Assembly: GCA_965249555.1 (NCBI GenBank)
Contig: OZ252243.1
Location: forward strand, 1,536,001 to 1,600,000
Source of the DNA: Nitrosopumilus sp.
Lineage (GTDB): Archaea > Thermoproteota > Nitrososphaeria > Nitrososphaerales > Nitrosopumilaceae
Direction of reading: 5' to 3'
DNA length: 64,000 bases
Position numbers and translations under genes: made by a program. Below the pieces are notes generated by a model that saw only the letters and a list, made by a program, of their open reading frames with translations, was not told the DNA's origin and did not search any database. This document shows positions 40,801 to 48,644 of the stretch, in pieces (position 1 is the first letter of the stretch; each line of letters starts with the position of its first letter).

Positions 40801-43800
40801 ACTGTCAATACATCATCATTCACGATTGAAGGTACGGCTGAAGCCGGGACAACTGTAGCACTGCTTAAGGGAGCAACATCAACTGGTGATACAGTAACTG
40901 CTGATTCAGGATCTTTCTCATTTACAGTTACACTGACTAAGGGTGCCAACTCATTCACTGTAACAGCGTCTGATGGACCAAACACATCTGCATCATCATC
41001 ACCTGTACTCATTACGCTTGATACCACAGCACCAGCAGTTCCTGCAATTACCACACCACCTGCAACTGTCAATACACCATCAATCACGATTGATGGTACG
41101 GCTGAAGCTGGGTCAACTGTGGAACTGTTCCGTGGAGTAACAACAGTTGATACAGTAACTGCTGATTCGGGATCTTTCTCATTTACAGTTACACTGACTG
41201 ATGGTGAGAACTCATTCACTGCAACGGCGTCTGATGGACCAAACACATCTGCTGCATCACCAGCTATAGTCATTACACTTGATACCATACCACCGGAAGC
41301 TCCTGAAATTACCACCTCACCTGCAACTGTCAATACACCATCATTCACGATTGAAGGTACGGCTGAGGCCGGGACAACTGTAGCACTGCTCAAGGGAGCA
41401 ACATCAACTGGTGATACAGTAACTGCTGATTCGGGATCTTTCTCATTTACAGTTACACTGACTAAGGGTGCCAACTCATTCACTGTAACAGCGTCTGATG
41501 GACCAAACACATCTGCATCATCATCACCTGTACTCATTACGCTTGATACCACAGCACCAGCAGTTCCTGCAATTACCACACCACCTGCAACTGTCAATAC
41601 ACCATCAATCACGATTGATGGTACGGCTGAAGCTGGGTCAACTGTGGAACTGTTCCGTGGAGTAACATCTGTTGATACAGTAACTGCTGATTCGGGATCT
41701 TTCTCATTTACAGTTACACTGACTGATGGTGAGAACTCATTCACTGCAACGGCGTCTGATGGACCAAACACATCTGCTGCATCACCAGCTATAGTCATTA
41801 CACTTGATACCATACCACCGGAAGCTCCTGAAATTACCACCTCACCTGCAACTGTCAATACACCATCAATCACGATTGATGGTACGGCTGAAGCTGGGTC
41901 AACTGTGGAACTGTTCCGTGGAGTAACATCTGTTGATACAGTAACTGCTGATTCGGGATCTTTCTCATTTACAGTTACACTGACTGATGGTGAGAACTCA
42001 TTCACTGCAACGGCGTCTGATGGACCAAACACATCTGACGCATCATCACCTGTACTCATTACACTTGATACCATAGCACCAGCAGTTCCTGAAATTACCA
42101 CCTCACCTGCAACTGTCAATACATCATCATTCACGATTGAAGGTACGGCTGAAGCCGGGACAACTGTAGCACTGCTTAAGGGAGCAACATCAACTGGTGA
42201 TACAGTAACTGCTGATTCAGGATCTTTCTCATTTACAGTTACACTGACTAAGGGTGCCAACTCATTCACTGTAACAGCGTCTGATGGACCAAACACATCT
42301 GCATCATCATCACCTGTACTCATTACGCTTGATACCACAGCACCAGCAGTTCCTGCAATTACCACACCACCTGCAACTGTCAATACACCATCATTCACGA
42401 TTGATGGTACGGCTGAAGCTGGGTCAACTGTGGAACTGTTCCGTGGAGTAACAACAGTTGATACAGTAACTGCTGATTCGGGATCTTTCTCATTTACAGT
42501 TACACTGACTGATGGTGAGAACTCATTCACTGCAACGGCGTCTGATGGACCAAACACATCTGCTGCATCACCAGCTATAGTCATTACACTTGATACCATA
42601 CCACCGGAAGCTCCTGAAATTACCACCTCACCTGCAACTGTCAATACACCATCATTCACGATTGAAGGTACGGCTGAGGCCGGGACAACTGTAGCACTGC
42701 TCAAGGGAGCAACATCAACTGGTGATACAGTAACTGCTGATTCGGGATCTTTCTCATTTACAGTTACACTGACTAAGGGTGCCAACTCATTCACTGTAAC
42801 AGCGTCTGATGGACCAAACACATCTGCATCATCATCACCTGTACTCATTACGCTTGATACCACAGCACCAGCAGTTCCTGCAATTACCACACCACCTGCA
42901 ACTGTCAATACACCATCAATCACGATTGATGGTACGGCTGAAGCTGGGTCAACTGTGGAACTGTTCCGTGGAGTAACATCTGTTGATACAGTAACTGCTG
43001 ATTCGGGATCTTTCTCATTTACAGTTACACTGACTGATGGTGAGAACTCATTCACTGCAACGGCGTCTGATGGACCAAACACATCTGCTGCATCACCAGC
43101 TATAGTCATTACACTTGATACCATACCACCGGAAGCTCCTGAAATTACCACCTCACCTGCAACTGTCAATACACCATCATTCACGATTGAAGGTACGGCT
43201 GAAGCCGGGACAACTGTAGCACTGCTTAAGGGAGCAACATCAACTGGTGATACAGTAGCTGCTGATGGTGACGGGAATTTCTCATTTACAGTTACACTGA
43301 CTAAGGGTGCCAACTCATTCACTGTAACAGCGTCTGATGGACCAAACACATCTGCATCATCATCACCTGTACTCATTACGCTTGATACCACAGCACCAGC
43401 AGTTCCTGCAATTACCACACCACCTGCAACTGTCAATACACCATCAATCACGATTGATGGTACGGCTGAGGCCGGGACAACTGTGGAACTGCTCAAGGGA
43501 GGAACATCAACTGGTGATACAGTAGCTGCTGATGGTGACGGGAATTTCTCATTTACAGTTACACTGACTGATGGTGAGAACTCATTCACTGCAACGGCGT
43601 CTGATGGACCAAACACATCTGCTGCATCACCAGCTATAGTCATTACACTTGATACCATACCACCGGAAGCTCCTGAAATTACCACCTCACCTGCAACTGT
43701 CAATACATCATCATTCACGATTGAAGGTACGGCTGAAGCCGGGACAACTGTAGCACTGCTTAAGGGAGCAACATCAACTGGTGATACAGTAACTGCTGAT

Positions 43801-46800
43801 TCGGGATCTTTCTCATTTACAGTTACACTGACTGATGGTGAGAACTCATTCACTGCAACGGCGTCTGATGGACCAAACACATCTGCTGCATCATCACCTG
43901 TACTCATTACACTTGATACCATAGCACCAGCAGCTCCTGAAATTACCACCTCACCTGCAACTGTCAATACACCATCATTCACGATTGAAGGTACGGCTGA
44001 AGCCGGGACAACTGTAGAACTGCTCAAGGGAGGAACATCAACTGGTGATACAGTAACTGCTGATTCGGGATCTTTCTCATTTACAGTTACACTGACTAAG
44101 GGTGCCAACTCATTCACTGTAACAGCGTCTGATGGACCAAACACATCTGCATCATCATCACCTGTACTCATTACGCTTGATACCACAGCACCAGCAGTTC
44201 CTGAAATTACCACCTCACCTGCAACTGTCAATACACCATCAATCACGATTGATGGTACGGCTGAAGCTGGGTCAACTGTGGAACTGTTCCGTGGAGTAAC
44301 ATCTGTTGATACAGTAACTGCTGATTCGGGATCTTTCTCATTTACAGTTACACTGACTGATGGTGAGAACTCATTCACTGCAACGGCGTCTGATGGACCA
44401 AACACATCTGACGCATCATCACCTGTACTCATTACACTTGATACCATAGCACCAGCAGTTCCTGAAATTACCACCTCACCTGCAACTGTCAATACATCAT
44501 CATTCACGATTGAAGGTACGGCTGAAGCCGGGACAACTGTAGCACTGCTTAAGGGAGCAACATCAACTGGTGATACAGTAACTGCTGATTCAGGATCTTT
44601 CTCATTTACAGTTACACTGACTAAGGGTGCCAACTCATTCACTGTAACAGCGTCTGATGGACCAAACACATCTGCATCATCATCACCTGTACTCATTACG
44701 CTTGATACCACAGCACCAGCAGTTCCTGCAATTACCACACCACCTGCAACTGTCAATACACCATCAATCACGATTGATGGTACGGCTGAAGCTGGGTCAA
44801 CTGTGGAACTGTTCCGTGGAGTAACAACAGTTGATACAGTAACTGCTGATTCGGGATCTTTCTCATTTACAGTTACACTGACTGATGGTGAGAACTCATT
44901 CACTGCAACGGCGTCTGATGGACCAAACACATCTGCTGCATCACCAGCTATAGTCATTACACTTGATACCATACCACCGGAAGCTCCTGAAATTACCACC
45001 TCACCTGCAACTGTCAATACACCATCATTCACGATTGAAGGTACGGCTGAGGCCGGGACAACTGTAGCACTGCTCAAGGGAGCAACATCAACTGGTGATA
45101 CAGTAGCTGCTGATGGTGACGGGAATTTCTCATTTACAGTTACACTGACTGATGGTGAGAACTCGTTTACTGCAACGGCGTCTGATGGACCAAACACATC
45201 TGACGCATCACCAGCTATAGTCATTACACTTGATATCATAGCACCAGTAATCACAGTTGATAAAGATTCATTCTCCGTTGAACTTGGAGAAACATACACA
45301 GCATTCACCTATTCTGCAAATGATAACACTGACGGGGATATCACAGATAATGTAGTTGTTGGAGATACAGTTGATACCAGTGTAGATAATACTTACAATG
45401 TAACCTTTGATGTGGATGATGCGGCTGGAAACCATGCAGTAACAGTAACCAGGACAGTCACAGTTACACCTGATGCCACGGTGCCAACCATCACAGTCAA
45501 TGAGGATTCGCTCTCCGTCGAGCTTGGAGGAACGTACGAGCTATTCACCTTTACTGCAAATGATAATACTGACGGGATTATCACCGGTGAGGTAGCTGTT
45601 GCTGGATATCCAGCTGATACCGATACGATTGGAACCTATGATGTTACCTTTGATGTGGATGATGCGGCCGGAAACCATGCAGTAACAGTAACTAGAACAG
45701 TTACAGTTACAGCTGATACCACAGCACCATCTATCACAGTCAATGAGGAATCATTCTCCGTTGAACTTGGAGAAACATACACGCCATTCACCTTTACTGC
45801 AACTGATAATATTGATGGGGATATCTCAAGTAAGGTAACTGTTGGTGGGGATACAGTTGATACCGGTACGATTGGAACATATGATGTTACCTTTGATGTA
45901 GTTGATGCAGCTGGAAACCCTGCAGTTACAGTAACTAGAACAGTTACAGTTACAGATCCCGAAGCACCAACTCTACCTGATACAGAAAAACCAGTTATCA
46001 CACCAGCAGGATCTAGTGAAACAATTGAGTTAATTGCAACCAACACTTACACAGAACAAGGCGCTACTGTAGAAGATAATGACCTAGCCTACTCTGAAAC
46101 AGTAACAGTCTCTGGTGATACACCTGACACCAGTAGTATAGGAGAATACACCGTATTGTATGATGCACCAGATGATGCGGCAAATAACACACCAGACCAA
46201 AAATCAATTACAATTACCGTAGTTGATACCACAGCACCAACCTTTGATGTTGATGGTAACACAGGTGACTATTCCACTACAGTACCATTTGGCGAAACAT
46301 ACACCCCAGGTGTAATTGCCAATGCATTTGATATCTCAGGAACTGCACCTGGTATAGTTGGCGGTGAAACAGTCAATGTCGACACTTCTAGAGAATATGT
46401 TGTAACTTATACCGTAACTGACAACAATGGACAAGTCGCAACAATCACTGAAACTGTAACAGTAGAATCTGATATCACAGCACCAGCAGTTCCTGCAATT
46501 ACCACACCATCTGCAACTGTTGGCTCAACACCAATCACAATTGTTGGTACAGCTGAAATTGGGTCAACTGTGGAACTGTTCCGTGGAGGAACATCAGTTG
46601 ATACGACAACTGCCGATGGTTCAGGGAATTTCTCATTTACAGAAGTTGCACTAGATGAAGGTGAGAACTCTTTTACTGCAACGGCATCTGATGGAGTCAA
46701 CACATCTGCTGCATCACCATCTATAGTCATTACACTTGATACAACACCAGCTGGTGGCATCGCTAGTGTAACTCCTGGAACTGAAACACCAAAGAAAAAA

Positions 46801-47811
46801 GGTGGAGATTCTAATGAATGGAAAACAAAGCCAACCTTTGGCAAACATTGGAATAATCAAGCAGTACAGCTAGTTGATGACGGCTTTGTCTTTAATGGCA
46901 TGCCATTAACCATTACAAACAACTGGCACACTGACTTTAATATGACTAGCAGCATTATTGGTGAGGACAATACAGTCCACATCAAAGGCTATGCAACAAA
47001 TGACCTAAAGTCGGTATCCCTATCCCTTGGAGTTCCAGAAGTTGGCCTGAAAACTAATGCAGAGTCCCACATTATAGTGAATGTAAATAGCAACTATACC
47101 AGTCCTGCAGGCTATGACATTGCAGATATAGTCCATGAGCAAAGAGAGGGACTGGTAAATCAGAACATGACTGGTGCAACAATTAGTAAAGTCAAATGTA
47201 CCATATCAGATACTACAGAGAGGTGCTTTGATGTTACCATATCATTTGTAATAATGGCACCATTATCCCATGAAGTAATGGCAATTAATGCAGTTGACAA
47301 ACAACGTTATTCTACTACCACATATATCAACGAAGGTGTAGAGTTTACAGGAGAAGCATTACTTGCAGCAGCAACTCATGAGTTAAAACAAAAGCATGGC
47401 AACCAGAATCCGTTTGAGACCATATCACTGACACAGCAAGACAGACGTTACCAGGTCTGGGAGGACCAATATGGATACATATGGTCACAAAATGACTATG
47501 GCACCTGGTTGCAGATTACAAGACCTGATATACAACAAAGAGATGATTCGCCAACAAGCGTAATGACTAGAATTCATTCAAACTTTGCAAATCTGGTAAT
47601 TGATGAGCAGGATAGGGCAACTCTGATCTTTGATAGTAAGGCAATTCAGGGAACCTTGGATGAATCATTCTCATATGATATGCCATTAAGACTGGACAGG
47701 GTATCAGATCCCGCATTGCTGGAATCACTATCCATACAAGAGATGCTGGCCCAGGAGATGCTGTGTGACTGTATTATATATGATGACTCTGATTTTAGCT
47801 GGAACGACTAG
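28879..47811 (+). CDS. Giant secreted/surface protein 1 (about 6,310 aa; FN3, Ig-like Big- and DUF5011-type repeats, distinct C-terminal domain)
   Basis: Uninterrupted ORF; signal peptide ending SAEA; FN3 motifs (TLSW...Y...L.A.T.Y.Y); start uncertain (TTG 28879, GTG 28840, or fusion to ATG 28809). Confidence 0.93.
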   Translation: MQAIIRYPFLCLVFAALFAISLVLGSAEATQVTITPLTYVDGQTAIEPGSFNIIVDDSLRLTTTFVPRQAGDWRITSDGFDPLDGSVTQSEVNNNARLGDFNRQLSIGFEDDIVLFFKPSGASEFAKVASGNVGIVPDLPVLRVVGVTPTSITLEWDDVDGARGYHLFINAVAHITTDPSITFDELDPGTEYSIAAITTTIGSNAISARSAPLDVTTLAVTPLSATITYADDQTALAENIFAVILPSPGNAVNVWISPLEKGTLRFESSNIGKNVPVASGVDQTVARPLPHGDDNIVISSSGTEVARISITTELDPDEPVYAEEQTAIREGSLRYEPVVDGSSISVNFVPTDAGNFVFRYGDSTSTSIINKLGAEVTVGLPVGHDYDDDVIIEFGGVEAVRMHVTTPSEDGVSIQAGSFVVVDTINADALRVEFVPLKEGTFTVTAGDTSETVDVSAGDVSESTPKGTEITVGYEFDDNVILSFGGKDAARIHVTTGPTPLVPSAPSLRITGTTHDTVTLSWDAVHRADTYTLTRTLGSNPAVTVLSGIADLTFTDKNLAAETDYTYSLTAINSVGPSEPSEDTVTTDAAPTPPDTPTLVAGVTTHNTVSLSWDEPTGADSYILTRTAGTVIIEIPVTGGTHTDDALKSGVQYTYSIRAVSAIGASPDSNDVIVTTIPVPITPTTPTYTDGQTAIDESFGIILLGDGTAGVFFDATDDGKYHVGWGAETSTPITYEDGYSAYVVIPIGDYAGVVILFFDDNEVARQVVPAVISPIKDGTLSVTDDADGIITVSLTPAFAGTFSVSTNSLESEKIPGVPDTQIDITLDVGHGFAEDVLVSFNNIIVAGIFVTTVPDAPALVLGPVTSTSITLSWNSVDNADRYTLTRTADGTDVIIVSGNVLTFTDEGLAAGTNYVYAITATTPEGRTGAISAELAVDIGSAAESFGVIVDGDGASVSFTPLVPGDFTIGYGDDSANDVTISVATGKLSAKLTTIKVGYNFNGPVTLSLDNDIIGRILIVTEPPPTTLDATAVTDTSITLAWPPQPEVQEYRLYRNGALVVATGELSYTDTGLDSNTAYTYHIESHNDVSTTSDRSADLDVTTLIEPPRLVAGEITTTSVELTWDAVAGANDYVLYRDGVNIALVTGTTHKVTGLAAGTEYSFTAESRHLNFLTSPLSSPLSVRTVPDTPALRVTGTTFDTITLSWSPVNGAASYTLTRVVEGDDVTVFSGDALTATDENLSPATSYNYIITATTSGGTSAPSAEFAASTASAVPIITTSSQIVNTPSITIAGTAESGKTVELFQGETSAGTTTADGTGAFSFEVTLADGANSFTATASDGTDTSVPSSPIVITLDTEKPLITVLGSDETIELTAADTYAEPGATVEDNDPAYSEDVTVAGNTPDTSVIRVYTVTYNAPADAAGNEPDQQSITITVSDTTPPTFDVDGHTTNYATTVPFAGTYTQGIIANESDISGIASGTVGGKSVNVHVSAEYAVTYTVTDNNGQAATITETVTVGDDEEKPVITPLGSSETIIVSETDTYTEPDATVKDNDPAYSEDVTVAGDTPDTSVVGEYTVLYTAPADAAGNIPDEKSIVISIVDPPTSPPATIRTLSVSSTTHDSITLSWDAVATAASYTVTRIVDGGPDVEVASEITELTATDENLAADTTYKYTIKAINSAGASTSLEFSLNTAAIPAAPAAPVLSVTSTTDTTVSFSWGAVEGADSYTLTRVVADGSDVPVPTTPELTATDENLAPETSYNYIITATNAGGTTPSATFEATTSAPPAPATPVFSTVVSATHNSINLSWSAVAGADSYTLTRVAESGNNVRVFSGDALTFTNAGLDPDTAYNYIIMATNSAGTSEPSDQFTATTSTAPPTLVIHDTPTLVAGIITYNTVNLSWDEPAGADSYILTRTAGTDTTEIPVIGGTHADDTLEPTTQYTYSVKAVSASGDSADSNDVIATTIPVPILPTTPTYAVDQSAIVGTSFEIIRIDDDTITVSFDAINDGEYYVQWGESETSPTTITGGNSASVQIPIDDYAGVVILFFEDNEVARQQVPAVTSPIKDGTLSVTDDADGIITVSLTPAFAGTFSVGTHSLDSEKIPGVPDTTIVITLDVGHGFAEDVLVSFNNIIVAKVFVTTVPETPALVLGAVTGTSIALSWGSVDNADSYTLTRTADGTDVIIVSGNVLTFTDEGLAAGTNYVYAITATTPEGRTSATSADLAVTIGSAAQSFDVIADGDDASISFTPLVPGDFTIGYGDDSSNDITVTIASDEVDEPSTTPVTVGYNFNGPVTLSLDNDIIGRVLLVTEPPPTALDATAVTDTSIILAWPSQPEVQEYRLYRNGALVVATGELSYTDTGLAAETVYIYHIESHNDISTTSDQSANLIASTGSAAAPGTPAEIPAIESGSFGVTAGVDDATASFVPLRSGDFIIGYGTDQSVTVTIAGDALGKASTTTVPVGDGYDGPVTLTFDGEQVGTVPVRAGITNDTEKPVITPTGSTQTIELTAADTYTEPGATVKDNDPAYSEKVTVAGDTPDTSVIGEYTVLYNAPADAAGNEPDQQSIAITVSDTTPPAFDVDGHTTDYATTVPFAGTYTQGIIANESDISGIASSVVGGNSVDVNVPGQYAVTYTVTDGNEQVATITETVTVEPDAEKPVITPMGSTRTIELTATNTYAELGATVTDNDRDYSGTVTVTGDKPNTGAVGVYIVTYTAPADAAGNEPDPQSIVISVVDTPVPTGITYTEGQTAIEEGSLGYTLNDPGNTISVDFKPLKAGTYKFQYGVSFSNVQVSEAEIGENKRLLIHGIGYNYNADIVISLGSTEVASVSVATGPAPPVLSVGAVTDTSIAFSWGAVTGATHYNVYRDGIVQGRDIGVTSFADTGLTPGTEYAYHVIAFNGLAASASSNVESVTTTGTAPVTIPDTPTLSIVATTHNSIELSWTAVENADSYTLTRIVDGDDNVPVPTTDALSATDTGLSAATDYKYVITATNSDGTSDPSAEFDARTGDSPTYTIDHTLHIDGDKVVITFTSSHTDDFTIEFDGGRTIGFRIDDAAVPYIHTETVGYDYDGNVSIFLGLDEVAKLPVTTGSEPTVTAVRNADNSVTVSWSNIETSITNEYVLTISDGSSDSDTFTPSGASNQHTISTTRTIDLNDANEVCVKGVGVDNKICEPVPEAFDITAPVITVTGSDTTIELTATDTYTIPGATVADNDPNYSETVAVTGDTPDTSSIGVYTVLYDAPNDAAGNKPEQESITITVVDTTPPTFDVNGNTDDYSTAVPFGETYTPGAIANAFDISGIVSSDVGGDTVNVNTSRDYVVTYTVTDSNGRTTTITETVTVGPDVTAPAVPEITTSPATVNTPSFTIDGTAEAGTTVALFNGGTSVDTVIADSGSFSFTVTLTEGENSFTVTASDGPNTSDASPAIVITLDTIPPEAPIITTPPATVNTPSFTIEGTAEAGTTVALFNGVTPAGTTTADGSGNFSFTVTLTDGENAFTATASDGPNTSDASPAIVITLDTIPPEAPEITTSPATVNTPSFTIEGTAEAGTTVELLKGGTSTGDTVAADGDGNFSFTVTLTDGENSFTATASDGPNTSAASPAIVITLDTIPPEAPEITTSPATVNTSSFTIEGTAEAGTTVALLKGATSTGDTVTADSGSFSFTVTLTDGENSFTATASDGPNTSASSSPVLITLDTTAPAVPAITTPPATVNTPSITIDGTAEAGSTVELFRGVTTVDTVTADSGSFSFTVTLTDGENSFTATASDGPNTSDASSPVLITLDTIAPAVPEITTSPATVNTSSFTIDGTAEAGSTVELFRGVTSVDTVTADSGSFSFTVTLTDGENSFTATASDGPNTSDASSPVLITLDTIPPEAPEITTSPATVNTPSFTIDGTAEAGTTVALLKGATSTGDTVAADSGSFSFTVTLTDGENSFTATASDGPNTSDASSPVLITLDTIAPAVPEITTSPATVNTSSFTIEGTAEAGTTVALLKGATSTGDTVTADSGSFSFTVTLTKGANSFTVTASDGPNTSASSSPVLITLDTTAPAVPAITTPPATVNTPSITIDGTAEAGSTVELFRGVTTVDTVTADSGSFSFTVTLTDGENSFTATASDGPNTSAASPAIVITLDTIPPEAPEITTSPATVNTPSFTIEGTAEAGTTVALLKGATSTGDTVTADSGSFSFTVTLTKGANSFTVTASDGPNTSASSSPVLITLDTTAPAVPAITTPPATVNTPSITIDGTAEAGSTVELFRGVTSVDTVTADSGSFSFTVTLTDGENSFTATASDGPNTSAASPAIVITLDTIPPEAPEITTSPATVNTPSITIDGTAEAGSTVELFRGVTSVDTVTADSGSFSFTVTLTDGENSFTATASDGPNTSDASSPVLITLDTIAPAVPEITTSPATVNTSSFTIEGTAEAGTTVALLKGATSTGDTVTADSGSFSFTVTLTKGANSFTVTASDGPNTSASSSPVLITLDTTAPAVPAITTPPATVNTPSFTIDGTAEAGSTVELFRGVTTVDTVTADSGSFSFTVTLTDGENSFTATASDGPNTSAASPAIVITLDTIPPEAPEITTSPATVNTPSFTIEGTAEAGTTVALLKGATSTGDTVTADSGSFSFTVTLTKGANSFTVTASDGPNTSASSSPVLITLDTTAPAVPAITTPPATVNTPSITIDGTAEAGSTVELFRGVTSVDTVTADSGSFSFTVTLTDGENSFTATASDGPNTSAASPAIVITLDTIPPEAPEITTSPATVNTPSFTIEGTAEAGTTVALLKGATSTGDTVAADGDGNFSFTVTLTKGANSFTVTASDGPNTSASSSPVLITLDTTAPAVPAITTPPATVNTPSITIDGTAEAGTTVELLKGGTSTGDTVAADGDGNFSFTVTLTDGENSFTATASDGPNTSAASPAIVITLDTIPPEAPEITTSPATVNTSSFTIEGTAEAGTTVALLKGATSTGDTVTADSGSFSFTVTLTDGENSFTATASDGPNTSAASSPVLITLDTIAPAAPEITTSPATVNTPSFTIEGTAEAGTTVELLKGGTSTGDTVTADSGSFSFTVTLTKGANSFTVTASDGPNTSASSSPVLITLDTTAPAVPEITTSPATVNTPSITIDGTAEAGSTVELFRGVTSVDTVTADSGSFSFTVTLTDGENSFTATASDGPNTSDASSPVLITLDTIAPAVPEITTSPATVNTSSFTIEGTAEAGTTVALLKGATSTGDTVTADSGSFSFTVTLTKGANSFTVTASDGPNTSASSSPVLITLDTTAPAVPAITTPPATVNTPSITIDGTAEAGSTVELFRGVTTVDTVTADSGSFSFTVTLTDGENSFTATASDGPNTSAASPAIVITLDTIPPEAPEITTSPATVNTPSFTIEGTAEAGTTVALLKGATSTGDTVAADGDGNFSFTVTLTDGENSFTATASDGPNTSDASPAIVITLDIIAPVITVDKDSFSVELGETYTAFTYSANDNTDGDITDNVVVGDTVDTSVDNTYNVTFDVDDAAGNHAVTVTRTVTVTPDATVPTITVNEDSLSVELGGTYELFTFTANDNTDGIITGEVAVAGYPADTDTIGTYDVTFDVDDAAGNHAVTVTRTVTVTADTTAPSITVNEESFSVELGETYTPFTFTATDNIDGDISSKVTVGGDTVDTGTIGTYDVTFDVVDAAGNPAVTVTRTVTVTDPEAPTLPDTEKPVITPAGSSETIELIATNTYTEQGATVEDNDLAYSETVTVSGDTPDTSSIGEYTVLYDAPDDAANNTPDQKSITITVVDTTAPTFDVDGNTGDYSTTVPFGETYTPGVIANAFDISGTAPGIVGGETVNVDTSREYVVTYTVTDNNGQVATITETVTVESDITAPAVPAITTPSATVGSTPITIVGTAEIGSTVELFRGGTSVDTTTADGSGNFSFTEVALDEGENSFTATASDGVNTSAASPSIVITLDTTPAGGIASVTPGTETPKKKGGDSNEWKTKPTFGKHWNNQAVQLVDDGFVFNGMPLTITNNWHTDFNMTSSIIGEDNTVHIKGYATNDLKSVSLSLGVPEVGLKTNAESHIIVNVNSNYTSPAGYDIADIVHEQREGLVNQNMTGATISKVKCTISDTTERCFDVTISFVIMAPLSHEVMAINAVDKQRYSTTTYINEGVEFTGEALLAAATHELKQKHGNQNPFETISLTQQDRRYQVWEDQYGYIWSQNDYGTWLQITRPDIQQRDDSPTSVMTRIHSNFANLVIDEQDRATLIFDSKAIQGTLDESFSYDMPLRLDRVSDPALLESLSIQEMLAQEMLCDCIIYDDSDFSWND
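30660..36037 (+). repeat. Internal ~1.5-kb duplication in giant gene 1 (about 30660-32165 vs 34528-36037)
   Basis: DTPTLVAG...SPIKDGTLSVTDDADG...QPEVQEYRLYRNG occurs twice, with long identical DNA runs. Confidence 0.88.
38920..45240 (+). repeat. Tandem array of 24 Ig-like units of 261-267 bp
   Basis: GATGGACCAAACACATCT recurs 24 times from about 39127 to 45184 at 261, 264 or 267 bp spacing. Confidence 0.93.
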
Positions 47812-48041
47812 GTTCCGTCACATATTTGAGAATTATATGTAATTAGGTTATTGGGTATCTACTGCCCCTAGATTATCATGGAATATTTTACAAAAACAAT
47901 GGATGGATTTTGTATCATTTGCAAAAACAATCCCTGATGAATTATTAATACAATTCCTGGAATCAAAATATGCCAAGAATCCTTCCCGTACTTTTTGCAA
48001 AAATAAAACTCTCTGTACCAAAGGCAGAGACAAAATGAGAT

Positions 48042-48631
48042 GGCATATCTGAGATGTCCTGATTCAGCAAAACACACTAGGAGGTGTCCTCAGTAGGGTT
48101 GGAGACGATTTCGTATGGGAGATTCAATGACTCTCACAAGTTATGCGCATATGCAGGAGTCGTGCCATCAGTTAGAAACTCTGCAGACACGGTTACACCA
48201 TGGTCGTATAACCAAAAGGGGAAGCATGACACTACGATGGGTTCTTACCCAATGTGTCCATGCCCATGCACTACATGTCAAGAACAGTGACATTACAAAA
48301 TTTTACAATCGCATTAAAAAGAAGAGAGGTTCATCAAAAGATATAGTTGCTGCATCATCAAAGATCCTGCGAGTGATTTACTGGATGCTAAAAGAGAGGA
48401 GAGAATTTGTACAGAATTACAGTTAGGACTGCAAGTCGCGTAATGATTTTTGAGGAACAAGCCTCGTCAACTAACTGCGGATAGATCCTAACGAAGGGAT
48501 GAAGATAGCATTGAGGTTAAAGCCTCGTATGGATACATGTCCGTCATCTTTTGATTGAAAACCTTCTCTAGCGAAAGATATGCCTTGGGATGCCAAAAAG
48601 TGGGAAATGTATAAAAACAATTCACATGGAT
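48042..48631 (+). mobile_element. IS110/IS1111 remnant copy C
   Basis: Homologous to copy A from GGCATATCTGAGATG; frameshifted YAGVVPSVRNSA / GRITKRGS fragment; right end AATTCACATGG-AT at 48631. Confidence 0.9.
48424..48600 (+). ncRNA. Bridge/seek-RNA-like region, copy C
   Basis: Same two-domain scaffold as copy B; AGATAGCAT at 48503-48511 and ATGGAT at 48529-48534. Confidence 0.65.
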
Positions 48632-48644
48632 ACCCCTTTAATGC

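Noticed and set aside
38920-45240. CRISPR-like array
   Set aside because: Units are 261-267 bp of in-frame coding sequence with no unique spacers, and no cas genes are present.
38850-45308. 2152-aa minus-strand ORF
   Set aside because: Exact antisense shadow of the Thr/Ala/Ser-rich repeat array; one stop-free unit repeated gives a long ORF, with no independent coding features.
47860-48040. Coding-like fragment PRLSWNILQKQWMDFVSFAKTIPDELL...
   Set aside because: No start context and not recognisable; probably gene debris cut by IS copy C.
48115-48426. Functional 103-aa proteins at 48115-48426 and 22409-22720
   Set aside because: Frameshifted C-terminal transposase fragments lacking the RuvC-like domain; their N-terminal residues are out-of-frame translation.
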